This document shows positions 23,305-34,450 of a DNA stretch of 35,952 nucleotides, in pieces. Location: assembly GCA_013115145.1 (NCBI GenBank), contig JAAPAO010000364.1, positions 1 through 35,952 of the forward strand, given 5' to 3'. A program made the translations under genes and the position numbers. The stretch's first letter is position 1, and every line of letters starts with the position of its first letter. Below the pieces are notes generated by a model. The model saw only the letters and a program-made list of their open reading frames with translations, was not told the origin of the DNA and did no database searches. This DNA comes from Perkinsus chesapeaki ATCC PRA-425 (taxonomy: Eukaryota > Protista > Perkinsozoa).

Positions 23305-24207
23305 TCAATATGCTAGCGTGAAGTTACCCGACGGCCCAGGAACCTCCGAAGACCGTCTAATAAATAGCGCATGCCCACATGGACTTAGCTCCGGAACATA
23401 CTCGTCGGGAAGGGACAAACCAGTCTTTAACGACGATATAGTGACTGCGGAGCCTTTCTCTGGTAGCAAGTACAACAAGAGTAGTTCACCAAACCACTGA
23501 CCATCAGCCGCTTCAGATTCCGCCTCCAAACAAATAACATCAAATCCTACTAGTGCGATGAACGGCACATAAGTTGCCTCAAAAGGTGCTTCAATAACCC
23601 TTGTTGTTATTGTACTCGAGCCTTGCTTATCCACAATAACGAAGTAATTAGCTTCTTCAGTCATATCGTTATGTATTATACGATAATGCCCTTGGCCTGT
23701 TTCCAATATATCAAACGCGTGAACAATGGTCGTTGTTATCGAGTAAATGAGTTCGAACGACCGTTCTGGTGCCTCCCAAGGATCAACTCGATATATCTTG
23801 AACACATATGCCCCAATTAACCCGTAATATAGGATACCCTTGCGATGCACAACCATCCACATAACGACAAGTTCGTTATCAGCTGGTGGTGGCTCAATCG
23901 TTAATGGCTCAGCCAACTGGGATGACCTGACCTCAAATTTGCCTTCCCCTTTATTCTCAAGGACAGCATTTTTCTCAAGAAATGGTGTTGTTCTTAAGCC
24001 AACATTATTCCGCCACCATCCGCCTTCGCGGCAAATTGAGCATCTTGCACCACCGTGTTTGAGAATACCTCTAGGGTGCCGTGGGAAGGTTAAAAACTCC
24101 CAAACACCACCAAAGATATCGGTTGGTATTCTACTACAGCTTAGGTGTCGTTTAAGAGAGTTTAGTTCGAGTGCTACACGTTCTCTTGTAGCTAACAGCA
24201 GCATCAT
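23305..24207 (-). CDS. Intronless 300-aa hypothetical protein, possible degenerate N-terminal F-box-like motif followed by a beta-rich region
   Basis: Uninterrupted 903-nt ORF starting ATG ATG. RIPTDIFGGVWEFL resembles the F-box LPxEIxxxIxxFL pattern (weak). Confidence 0.65.
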   Translation of the reverse strand: MMLLLATRERVALELNSLKRHLSCSRIPTDIFGGVWEFLTFPRHPRGILKHGGARCSICREGGWWRNNVGLRTTPFLEKNAVLENKGEGKFEVRSSQLAEPLTIEPPPADNELVVMWMVVHRKGILYYGLIGAYVFKIYRVDPWEAPERSFELIYSITTTIVHAFDILETGQGHYRIIHNDMTEEANYFVIVDKQGSSTITTRVIEAPFEATYVPFIALVGFDVICLEAESEAADGQWFGELLLLYLLPEKGSAVTISSLKTGLSLPDEYVPELSPCGHALFIRRSSEVPGPSGNFTLAY

Positions 24208-24248
24208 CTATTACAAAGCCGCTCTTGGCATTAAAAACGATTTAAAAA

Positions 24249-24270
24249 TGTCTCTTGCCGGGATCGAACC
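24249..24270 (-). other. tRNA 3'-end-like fragment (T-loop/B-box + acceptor 3' strand + discriminator A, then oligo-T)
   Basis: Minus strand GGTTCGATCCCGGCAAGAGACA-TTTTT. No recognisable 5' half. Confidence 0.45.
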
Positions 24271-24299
24271 TGAGTGTTTTGCTTTCTACAAACTGCTCA

Positions 24300-24694
24300 C
24301 TATAAACCAATAATGTTGCTATATGCAAAAACATAACCATAAGTTTGGCCAGTAACTGTAATGAGCTCGTCCTCCTCCTCTTCTCCCCCTCCACCTCTTC
24401 TATCATATACCCCCAAAAAGCCCAGACCGTGCCCAACAACGACCTTACGATTCTTCCGGTATGGTAATGAAGAATCCCTTTTTGTCATAGGCTCACCCAA
24501 TGAGGACATAGTCACGGTAATAAGGCAGTTTCGAACACTTCAGTACGACTTCCGATAATCAATGGTTTAAGATTTCTACTGGAGAACCGATTATAGAAAT
24601 AATGGTTTATTATATTTTCTGCTATTACCGTATTATTATGCCCAGAATCGTGACTCCACCGAACAGGGCAGCTGCACCGTATAATAATACACAC
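24300..24694 (-). CDS. Hypothetical protein, C-terminal portion; structure unresolved
   Basis: Open frame ..RKVVVGHGLGFLGVYDRRGGGGEEEEDELITVTGQTYGYVFAYSNIIGL* looks protein-like. The upstream exons are unclear. Confidence 0.3.
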
Positions 24695-24848
24695 CGTACA
24701 GTATGAATATGTAACAACTGAGGTTAAATTTATACTCAGCGCTTCAAGCTTGTTTGACCATTACTGAATTTATGCTTGCTTTCCCTAGGTCTACCGCTAC
24801 TGCGTCACAGAGGGCCAAGATCCACCCCATCTTGAGGAGGTCTCGGAG

Positions 24849-26179
24849 CTATCCGGCCATAAATTTGGCGTGTCTGATATAGCCGTCAATAGCGTTGGAA
24901 CTGGTAATATGAGGCAAGCGCGGTATGGAGAGCACCTTATTACAGTTATCGTCACCAGTGGACTGGATTCGACTGTGAGAGTTTGGAAACGCTCTCGGCA
25001 GGGAAAATACGAACATTAGTAATACCGGAGAGACTTCAGCTCCATTGCACCACATCTCAGTCGGAACATTCCGGCAATCGGCGGTAAAACCATCGACATT
25101 GGGGACATTGATCACATTGGGGTCCTCACTCGAGAGGCAGGCCGCTATAATGTTATGGTATAATAACGATGAGAGTACTCCACTTCCTATGTGGGCAATC
25201 AGGTCTCAATAGGCTCCGCTGGTGGGAAAGTTCACTTTACCGACTTGGCAACCGACGCCTCGTCTGCTGTCGAGTCCACTGCCGTTCGCGGCACCAAGAG
25301 ACCTGCCAAGCGTTTGATACCTCCTGTAGACTGCCTCTACCGAGGAGCCAATAAAGCGTATCTAGGATGTGTTACAGCTATGGAGTTGGTAAGAAACAGC
25401 CGCCAATGCTCAGACGACTGTTGGTCAGTCCGACGATGGGTCGTATCTCACGTATGGTACTTCTAGTGGGTATGTTGGTGTTGCTTGTCTGAGGTGTGGA
25501 GTGGAGGATAATGCTCTCAAGTTGGAATGCAGTTTACAGGGTGTTATGAGATGTAAGGAGAGTCATCTTTCCGAAAACAGTCATGGAGTTTTGGTCAACC
25601 TTCCGGATCTCCCACCGATTTGGCTCTATACATTCTCAAACGCTGGTGGAAAAATCGACCGGAATTTTCCCAAATTTTCTGTCTTCATTCCTCACCGAAA
25701 TAGATCCAGATATTGCAGAGAACATCCGAGAAGTGTGGTAGGCAGAGTAAACCGATCTGCCGACATGAATCCCTTTTGTTCCACCAAAGTCATTGTGACC
25801 TCCTCAACACTATTGATTGCCTAAATTGTGGAGTTTTGGAAGACCTACCAAAATATCCAATACGGACAGGTTGCATCCTCAAGGCCCTCCTCCCCAGATA
25901 AGTGGTAAAATTCTCGACGATTGTGTCGCCGACTTCTGTGAGATGTTTTTCGATTTCTCCAGGAGCAATCGAAGCTGCTGAGGAGCCCACAGATATATTA
26001 TCTCCCCTCATATTTCTGCATGGCATTTCGTACCAGGGTTTTATCGAGTTATCATCGCTCAGTTCCCGTTTAGGTTTCAAAACGGCTATTTCCTCGCCCG
26101 TGAGATGCCTAACCATTGTGGGTGATACGTTGTTGGTGGGCGGCGAGGCGAATGTAGGAAAGATAATAGCATTGGACAT
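24849..26179 (-). CDS. Hypothetical protein(s); ORFs 25790-26179 and 24849-25190 possibly joined by introns
   Basis: Two same-strand open frames starting at ATG 26179, with a plausible AG acceptor near 25190. No family recognised. Confidence 0.35.
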
Positions 26180-26189
26180 GTAATAGAAA

Positions 26190-26212
26190 TGGAGGTGCCG
26201 GGGATCGAACTC
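26190..26212 (-). other. tRNA-Ala-like 3'-end fragment
   Basis: Minus strand GAGTTCGATCCCCGGCACCTCCA-TTTC matches the eukaryotic tRNA-Ala 3' end pattern GGTTCRATCCCCGGCAYCTCCA. The 5' strand of the T-stem and the 5' half of the tRNA are absent. Confidence 0.55.
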
Positions 26213-26287
26213 ACGGTCGTGCAGGACCCGCTTATCCGGCTATCTCGTGGACGACACTGCAGATAAAACTAGCGACACTAAGCCAAA

Positions 26288-27427
26288 ACGGTTGGCCATG
26301 AACCCAGCTGTAAGACCGCACCACAAAGGATTCTCGGAGCTTTCCGTCAGGTTGTGGGATCCATCCCTTTGAATTACAGTTGTCGTGTATTGGCCATTCT
26401 CGTGTCCGAGTCCCCCTCTACCGATAATACCACACGGCTCATCACACTGGTGTAAGCTGGCTCGCCACGTGCTCGGGAACTCGGGTTGGTTTTGGTGGCA
26501 TCACTGGGAGAGAAGATTCCCAGTCGGGTGGTTGAGTTATGAGCCAATAGCTTGTCTACGTTCCAATCACACAGACACTCTATACAGTATTACTCAATAA
26601 AACTTCTTTCTCTTTTCGGACCCCATAGGATTCGCGACTGACCTTCTGTAGGTCCTCGGACGGTGTCATGAGAGTCCAAGCATTACCGAACAACGCGGAG
26701 CAATGGTCGAGCCAACGGTCTCGAGAAACGTTGGCTCAATTCGATCTGAAGCCTAAAGGTAATAGATTGCCGGGTTGCATTCGAGTTGGCATCTAGGTAC
26801 ATTGAAGCTTTCACATGTCGCGATCAGTGGCGCTGCGGCGGCCTCACTGAAAGCCGATGCTAAGTGGAGAGACTGTGTTGCTGTTGGTTTGGCAGCCAAT
26901 GGCAGTATTGAGATGTAGGCAATGAAAATGAAAGGTTATGATTGGGTAAACCTTGTGAAGTGGAGATTGCGTGGAAAATCAGGACAACGACTCGAGATAG
27001 GATATAGCTTAGAGTTTGTCATTTCCGATCAAACATCCGTGTCGAGAAGGTGTTGAATTATTCACTGTTCGACGAAGCTTAGTATGTTGGTATTTATGGT
27101 CCTTGTGTGGTATCAGTTACGATCTGCGGGAATGTGCCCCACCCACCATGCCCGAACTCCCTATTGAAGTTGAAGGTGGTGTTTTCGATATGTTCAAATC
27201 TGCCGCATCACAACATCGACAACTCACTCAAACAGAGGACTGGCAACAGCAGCAGCAGCACGTTGAGGAGTTGGGTCATTACGTCCAACCAGAGACGGGT
27301 AAGGGACTGTTGTTTATTCATGGATGGCATCAATTCGTCAGCAGATGGAGACGTGGAAATGAAGAATGCCGAGGCAGCAGTTGGGCCACCACCACCACCA
27401 GAGCATCATCCTGCCCAGGGATCGTGA
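26288..27427 (+). CDS. Hypothetical multi-exon protein with Q/P-rich C-terminus
   Basis: Exon-like segments (SSDGVMRVQALP..; GTLKLSHVAISG..CVAVGLAANG; ELPIEVEGGVFDMFK..QQQQQH; ..PPPPPEHHPAQGS*) separated by GT-AG candidates. Exon structure is uncertain. Confidence 0.4.
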
Positions 27428-27742
27428 ACGTTGTTTCGTTGAATATAGTCCGTGATGCGTTTGAGAAGTGAATCGAGGAGAAGAGATGAAGACTACTTTG
27501 CCAACTGACCAGTTCATACTAATCAAAACACAGCGAACGTACATACTTCAAACTTTTCCGAATTTACAAAAAGAAAAACGGCAAGTGGTGTAAGACTTCC
27601 AGAGTTAATTGATTTTCGTACGAGCAAAACCCGTCCCGCCCAGGACAGCTTCGCTGTCGACTGTGGAAGTACCGCAGGTGAGAAGGACCCACGGAAAACA
27701 CAACACTGATAATATCGGCAAACATGTTGGTCAAGAGTTAGT

Positions 27743-30290
27743 CTATTGCTTTGATAAACATCGGTTCAATTCATCACAGAATCTTCCAACATCACCAAAC
27801 CGACAATACAGTGGCGCCGGCGCCACACGTATGAGGTTAGGGTTCCTGCAACACACCGCATCAACGCCACTCGCCGCTCGAATGGCTCCACCTGTAGTCT
27901 GTAATTATGCCCTCATCTTCAAGTTGTCTGTGGACCCTCAAGGTGAAATCAGTCAAGTTGCTCTCGGGGGCCTTCTCCGGAACTGCCTGGAATGCTTTGT
28001 TCAGACGTCGACTTGTCGTCAGCAAGGTACCTTAAAATGCAGACTCAGTTGAGCTCCGCGCTGACCGGGATCTGTTGGCGTGATTATCCCGAAAGGATGT
28101 TGCTCCTCCGGCCAGTCAGCCAGCAAGGCTCGGAGCTTGTGCTCGAGGAGACCCGTCATGATGATCGATTTAGTCCTGACAAAGTCGTCAGCCTTTTCAA
28201 TCTCACTCCTTCAGAGATTACACTGCTAGAAGATGCAAACTAGAGCTTGGAAATTTTCTCCCTGCTATGACAGGCGGTACAGGAACACCGTTGTGGATGA
28301 TGACAACTCACCATCCTCACCTTAGCTCAGTCATGTTGGTCTTCTTGAAGGTCTCGAGGCTGCCCATCATCGACGCAGCAGATAACATCGGGACATTAGA
28401 CAGTCTCATGGCGGCCGCACCAGGCTCAGGCTCCCATTTGTTTGTCATTTCAAAACGAGTGGATTCAGCGTGGCCCCACCAACCTGCACAAAGGAGCCAA
28501 CTTCCATCTACTCGACTCACCAGTACCGCGTGCGCAATCTCCTTGGACGAACTCTGTCATTTCTTTTTCTGTGGAATCCTAGAGTGCGATGTTTATAGAT
28601 CGTGAAATAGTATAGCGGAAGGGTCCTCAAAAACGTCGAATCAGACCATGCGGAGAACATTGAACGTTTTCAGGAGGAATCGATCGCTATTGTAGCGCCA
28701 CTGCGCTCTTAACGTTCTTCACCAGTGCTTGTACATTTCGGGAACGACAATTGTCAATAAAACATACACATGTAAACCAGCTGTAAGAAATCCATGTTTA
28801 AGCTCCCTAGGACCTGGAAAATCGAGTGGTATGCTTGATTAAGCTAAAGAATTTTGGAGCCCCCATCGTCTATCCGCAGATGCTACCCGTAACAACGGAA
28901 TGCTTAGTCATGAATAATAGTGATTCTCCTCACCTTTAAGATAAGCCTGACGCTCAGGTCCATCGTTGCACGAATGATGCCTCTGGTGGAGAAACAGCCC
29001 ACCTAAACCTCCAGCTCCGGAGTTAAGGTACTTATACGTACACCACACAGCACCTAATTCTATAATGAAAGTAAATCACATGATATGGCACACCGTCAAC
29101 ACCCCACTTGTGAAGGGCGAGATCTAAATTCCCGGCCGCATGGGCAAGATCCCACAGGGAGATCGCTCCGACAGCTTGGGTCACCGCAGTGATCTTCTCA
29201 ACTGACGGGAGCCCGTTAGGGATGCACAATAGAGAGATCATTACTGTCGAAATATTGGCCGGAATAGTATTGGACGCCACTCAGGCACACTACAGAAAGG
29301 CAATCTTTATTCTTGTTTATCGCATCAATAATGTCATCCTGACAAAGAAGGCACCTTACACAGTAGTACAAGTACGAGTTCAACTTGCTTCTATTCTGTC
29401 AACTGTCACACTCAGTGGTTTCACTTGCCAATTGTGTGGCACGAAATGATGGACGATGTGGAGTGCATTTAACTTACCGTTCTCAAAGTATGTTCCCCTT
29501 CTCTTGGGTATAACTCTATCAAAGCATCTTCGACACGGTAACCGTGAAGCTCTAGTTCAGACATAACTGAACCAGGCATGGCACTTGGGGATTCCAAGGC
29601 TAGTTACAAGCGTAGTGGTCGCTGGGGAAGCACCCTCCTTCACACAGTAGTTTGAACCTCTCCTTGGTAGGCTTATAGAACCGTAACTGACACAGCATTC
29701 ATCAAAGGGGACATCTAGCACACAACCGACCAATAGTAGATGGAGATTGACCGTAAGGCTGTTCATCAATGCGACTTCTTCAACACTTGCAGCACCAACG
29801 ATATCAGCCATCGCCTTCAACAGATATCTGTCGAAGGTGTACAGTGTGTATGGGTTCACCGTCCTCACCGGTCCATGGGCATCCAAGGCAGTTCACCTTG
29901 GAAGTGGCCCTCAATAGCCATAGAACCCCACTTGTCCATTTCTCGATTAACAATCCTGTAATGTAGCTAGTGGTGTCAGAAAATTCTAGCGAAGCTCACT
30001 CTTTAGAGCGGCGTGGCATCAAGCCAAGGGAATTGCCCAGAAAGTACACCACGCTTTTGTCGCCACCGGCAGGATGCTTGGGAAACACGAAATCGTCTGG
30101 AGGGAAGACTAAGGCTAACAAGATGGCCAATTTCACCTCTGAGGGATTTGAGAGGATCGTTATCATCGAGCCAATTAACGAACTCAGCATCATCCATGCC
30201 AGACCTAAAAAGGAAGATCTTGATTATTCTGGGAATGCCAACACATGTTGGATATCTTGGAAGTCAGCAAAGTCCCGCTCGATTTGCCCT
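27743..30290 (-). CDS. KYNU: Kynureninase (PLP-dependent, class V), many exons; extra 5' exons possible up to ~30700
   Basis: Motifs in order: [11 protein letters not shown]; [11 protein letters not shown]; [16 protein letters not shown]; [20 protein letters not shown]; [13 protein letters not shown] (PLP lysine); GWWGH..TRFEM; RLSNVP; [12 protein letters not shown]; IITP..QRGAQLS; [21 protein letters not shown] (stop 27743-27745). Confidence 0.95.
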
Positions 30291-30900
30291 TCTAAACAAG
30301 TTACTGCATATTATATCATTACATATATCTGCTTGTTTGTAATATGCACAGTGTGATTCTAGCAAGTGTATCATTACCAGTATAAGTCACTTATTCCGCC
30401 CGAACTAAGTGATAATAACGGTCGTATCAGATATACAAAGCACGTGGGTGTAATGATAAATATGACACATAGAGCTGGCAGGGAGCTCGTACCCGGCATG
30501 TGTCGCCAGTTGCTCTAGGATGGTGCAGCAGTCTTTGATCTCAACGCGACCGTCGGAAAGACGCCGTGTGCCTGAGAAATGCACCCATCACCTCTGCTAG
30601 ACTTTCTTCCGGCCAATGCTTGAAGAGCTAAATGTCATTAACATGGTTCAGCGCTTGATGAGACTTGCAGAGTGCTTTGAAAGTTGTGAGAACGAAGCCC
30701 CACCGATTTGGATTCCACCATAGGAAATCATGTTCTCAGTGCTGGTCGGGTGGTTCGCTGTATGATGACCGCCTAATAGGTAGACATCCTTGCTAGTAAT
30801 AAATCACGGTCGACCTACTAAAGCCCTCGCAGCCGGCTGTCATTACGTATAAAAAACTGAGAAAATACTAACACCACGAACCAACACAGAACGACGAATC

Positions 30901-31834
30901 TCAAAGGAGGCAGCCGAGATACCGAGCACGCGGCCATTTACGGACCAGTGGCTCCCATTGAACGACAAGTGAATCACACAGACCCAGATGGTACAGGATG
31001 AGCCCGGTGAGAGAAAGTGTCTCCACTCGGCACACTGACTCGACATAAATTATGGAGCAGATACCTGCCAATATGATACCAGAGATAAAGGAAGTCGCAT
31101 TGTCTTCTTACATCTTGAACCGCCTAACGCCTGTAAAACGGCAACTGCTAGAACTACTGGTACACAAGTCCCTGGGCCATTAACCAGCAATAGGGAAGGC
31201 TGGGATGACCATACCATGTAGAGAGATGATAGAAATGACTTGATGGTCGAGAATAGTGTAGTTAGGTAACTGAAGAAAGAAGGGAATTAGTGAGACAACA
31301 CTCATCAGCCGATCACGACAAAGTGGCAGTAGCGTACCTCTGTCCGACTTCACGGCACCTTGGGATGATATACCACTCAACATTAGCCTTCTCTAGTAAC
31401 CTAGATGCCTTGGAGATGCTCCCTTTATCTGTATCGGCAACAACCAACTGAAGTCTACAACAGAAGGACCATCAAAGGCGGCGGCGGCATGGACCGGAGG
31501 CTGTCCTTACCGTGTTATACGAGATGACCGTTCGTCCCTCAGAACTGCGGCAAGGATCGTCAACATTTCACTAGTATGGCCACCAGAGCCCAACACCGCC
31601 ATGAAACTGCCATCCTCCTTGCTGGCACTTCTCGCTCCACTAGTGACCACCTAAAGACAAAATCGACCGGAAGGACGTCATTCATTTGCGGAATAATTCA
31701 GGCAACGAAAGAGGGACAATTCCTACCCTGGACTGGCGCCTTATTCGCCTCAAAGAGTCGATAACTAGCCGAGCTGCTAGAGTCACCATGGGCAACATCA
31801 GCACCAGACTGATGATGACCGCGAGGCCCGTCAT
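30901..31834 (-). CDS. ALG14: UDP-N-acetylglucosamine transferase subunit ALG14
   Basis: N-terminal membrane anchor MTGLAVIISLVLMLPMVTLAA; AVLGSGGHTSEML; LLLVNGPGTCVPV; IYVESVCRVETLSLTGLIL; VVQWEPLVRKWPRARYLGCLL*. Confidence 0.95.
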
Positions 31835-31909
31835 GATTAGGCCAACACTGATACTGTGGGAGGAAAAGGGGCACTAGGCAAATACTCTAGTTAGTGAGGA
31901 CACGTTCTA

Positions 31910-32386
31910 ATGTCTATCAGCAAGTCCGATAATTGGTCCAGGGGAGGCACACGAAGATTCGCTAATGTTCAAACAATTTCACCGGGAAGACCGATAGGGA
32001 AGTCTATCCGCTCACCAGAGACTGAAGGACTCTACTATCGGCAAGCCCAATTCTGTTGTGTACAGTGGAGGTTAAATAGGCGTAAACGAAGTGAGCAGCT
32101 GGAGGACGAATTTGACGGTTTCCGAAGTCTTCTTCTAATACTCAAACAGGTCGTGATGAGAATGTTCATGACGGCTTGGATTCCGCGTCATGATTCCTCT
32201 CTATTATAGCGGTCAACAGTACTAAACGAAACAAGATCAGCCATACCACATTTCGTAGAAATCAGAGGGTTAAGACACCTCTATTTCAGAACGTCAAACA
32301 TCGAAGTACTGTACTGCCGCAGTAAATCCGTGGACGTGATCAACGAAATTGAGAACGACTTTCGATTAACACAACTCGCCTTCTAG
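31910..32386 (+). CDS. Small hypothetical protein, multi-exon
   Basis: The ORF from 31910 and a terminal exon (..PHFVEIRGLRHLYFRTSNIEVLYCRSKSVDVINEIENDFRLTQLAF*) are separated by a GT-AG candidate. Confidence 0.35.
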
Positions 32387-32468
32387 GACGGCTAAAAACC
32401 TCGGTATGGGCGGCAAAATACTGCTCGTAAGAAAATTCTTATGGTCGTGTGCGACGGAAAACTAGAAG

Positions 32469-33397
32469 TTAGAAAGTATCTGGGGGAGGGGTAGTTTCCT
32501 CACAGGGGGGCAATGTGGGCGACTTTTCCTTCGGAGATTCGGTAAACTCAGTCGTGGCAGTTGTTGTTGATGGGCAAGGAGAATGAGTACTGGACTCCGT
32601 AGTAGTGGTCGTAGTTGTCGCCGGCTCACTCATAGAAGTGGTTGTAGTTGTCGTCGGCTCAGTTGTAGTTGCGGTCGTAGTTGTCGTCGGCTCACTGGTA
32701 GTAGTGGTCGTAGTTGTCGTCGGCTCACTGGTAGTTGTGGTTGTAGTTGTCGTCGGCTCACTGGTAGTAGTGGTCGTAGTTGTCGTCGGCTCACTGGTAG
32801 TTGTGGTTGTAGTTGTCGTCGGCTCAGTTGTAGTTGTGGTTGTAGTTGTCGTCGGCTCACTCGTAGAAGTGGTCGTAGTTGTCGTCGGCTCACTTGTAGT
32901 TGTGGTTGTAGTTGTCGTAGGCTCACTCGTAGAAGTGGTTGTAGTTGTCGTCGGCTCAGTTGTAGTTGTGGTTGTAGTCGTCGTCGGCTCAGTTGTAGTT
33001 GTCGTCGGTTTCTTTGTAGTTGTAGTTGCACCACATGGTACAGGATAGCGTTCCGGACATTTTATAGTAGGATTTCTGAACCAGCACATCTCGGAGCTGA
33101 TGGAGGGGTCCTGCAAATAGTATCTAAGTGACAATTACGAAGCCCATTCATATAGCATCTGACTCACAGTGCATAGCAGTGCCCAGGTCCCCCAACGGCA
33201 GGCTTGCAATAAGAGAACTTGCATCCAGGAACTTGCCTACAAATGTCCTCGCAACTGTCCTGAGAGCGAAAAATTCACATCAATGGCATCAGTGGTGCAA
33301 TAGGACCCACTGTTGCTTGGGTGCTCCTTCTCAACAAGTCTTTACCAGACACCGAGTACACAAGCGATAGAGCAGTGACTACAATGAGTCGAAGCAT
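32469..33397 (-). CDS. Secreted protein: signal peptide, 8-Cys domain, Thr-rich mucin stalk
   Basis: MLRLIVVTALSLVYSVSG signal, then the spliced domain DSCEDICRQVPGCKFSYCKPAVGGPGHCYALYYLQDPSISSEMCWFRNPTIKCPERYPVPCG, then (T)nSEP repeats. No TM or GPI-like hydrophobic tail seen. Confidence 0.85.
32630..33034 (-). repeat. Coding tandem repeat, ~33-bp unit (TTTTTTTTSEP), ~11-12 copies
   Basis: Recurring gtagttgtcgtcggctca at ~33-nt spacing on the + strand. Confidence 0.95.
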
Positions 33398-33468
33398 GTC
33401 CAGGAACGTGATACTGATGAACCTGGGAGAAGAAACGGGAGAAGGCGGCCCGCGATGAGCATCCAAGC

Positions 33469-34344
33469 GTGACGTACCGAAGGAAACTGTCTATCGGTCA
33501 CAGTCGGCTGTCACCCAGCAGCGGTGTCACGGCCGCGAAATGGAGCCAAACCTCAACAGCAGCAACCATATACCAATGTAATAACCGGCACCACCCCCTA
33601 GAGACCAAAGGGAAGCAGGACAGTCTGTGTACGGGGAGCGACGGAGCGGAGGCTTTCCCTTCAAGCGCTGGTTCCATTGCTCACGGAACAACAGCCCCAA
33701 GGATACGTGTTAGCTTGTAGTCTGTACTCGATTCTTGATCACCAAACTTCAGCCATCTTAGTTCTACTATTATAGTTTGTACTCCTCAATCTTGGGTTTC
33801 GTTACCTACAATTGGTCCTAGAGGTAGCAAGTCGAGCTGATGCGGTGTGCAAGGAACAGTAATGCCCGCCGTCATAGACAACAACTAACTAGGGTCACTA
33901 TGATACCACAACATCCAAGCAGGGAGCTATGAGGATTACACGATGGACTCATCACTTGTCCTCTACAAATCTCACACTGACGGGAATATCCCCTCCTCAG
34001 GAACCACAGGGCGTCAGTCGAGTCCGGATGATTGAACAGGTTTGAGGGCGGCTTCATTCGATGAAGGTTGTCACTTCTCATCATAATATCGTCAATGCAC
34101 CGCGACGCCTGACGCCTATACTAGAGCCTGCCCAAGCTAGCACTGCTTTATTAAGAGCAGTGCAGCAATAGATTCACATCATCATCATCATCATCATGAT
34201 GACTTATGCGTGCATGGTGTGACCGAAGCTCTGAGCGTTGTGGAAATGGAATCCATTTCTATCAATGGAAAGACCATAGTGAACTCTAAAAGTGTTGATA
34301 CTCCACTCGGAAATGGTGTCGCATACGTGGGTCGACAACAATGA
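33469..34344 (+). CDS. Possible hypothetical multi-exon gene
   Basis: Only short open frames (e.g. ..VVEMESISINGKTIVNSKSVDTPLGNGVAYVGRQQ*). Strand and structure are uncertain. Confidence 0.25.
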
Positions 34345-34450
34345 GAACAATTTTCAGATGTAAAATCTGGGCGTTCTTGTGAGCCCAGTTTCTTTACCAT
34401 TAGACGACTGAACAAAAGAGTAGCTAAGGAAACTGCATGCCTGTCACCAT

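Noticed and set aside
27609-28243. Plus-strand ORFs of 147 aa and 83 aa
   Set aside because: They are antisense shadows of the kynureninase C-terminal exons ([19 protein letters not shown]), which lie on the minus strand.
32583-33131. Poly-Val and Ser/Cys/Arg-rich ORFs on + and a Gln/Leu/Arg-rich ORF on -
   Set aside because: Alternative frames of the Thr-rich mucin repeat.
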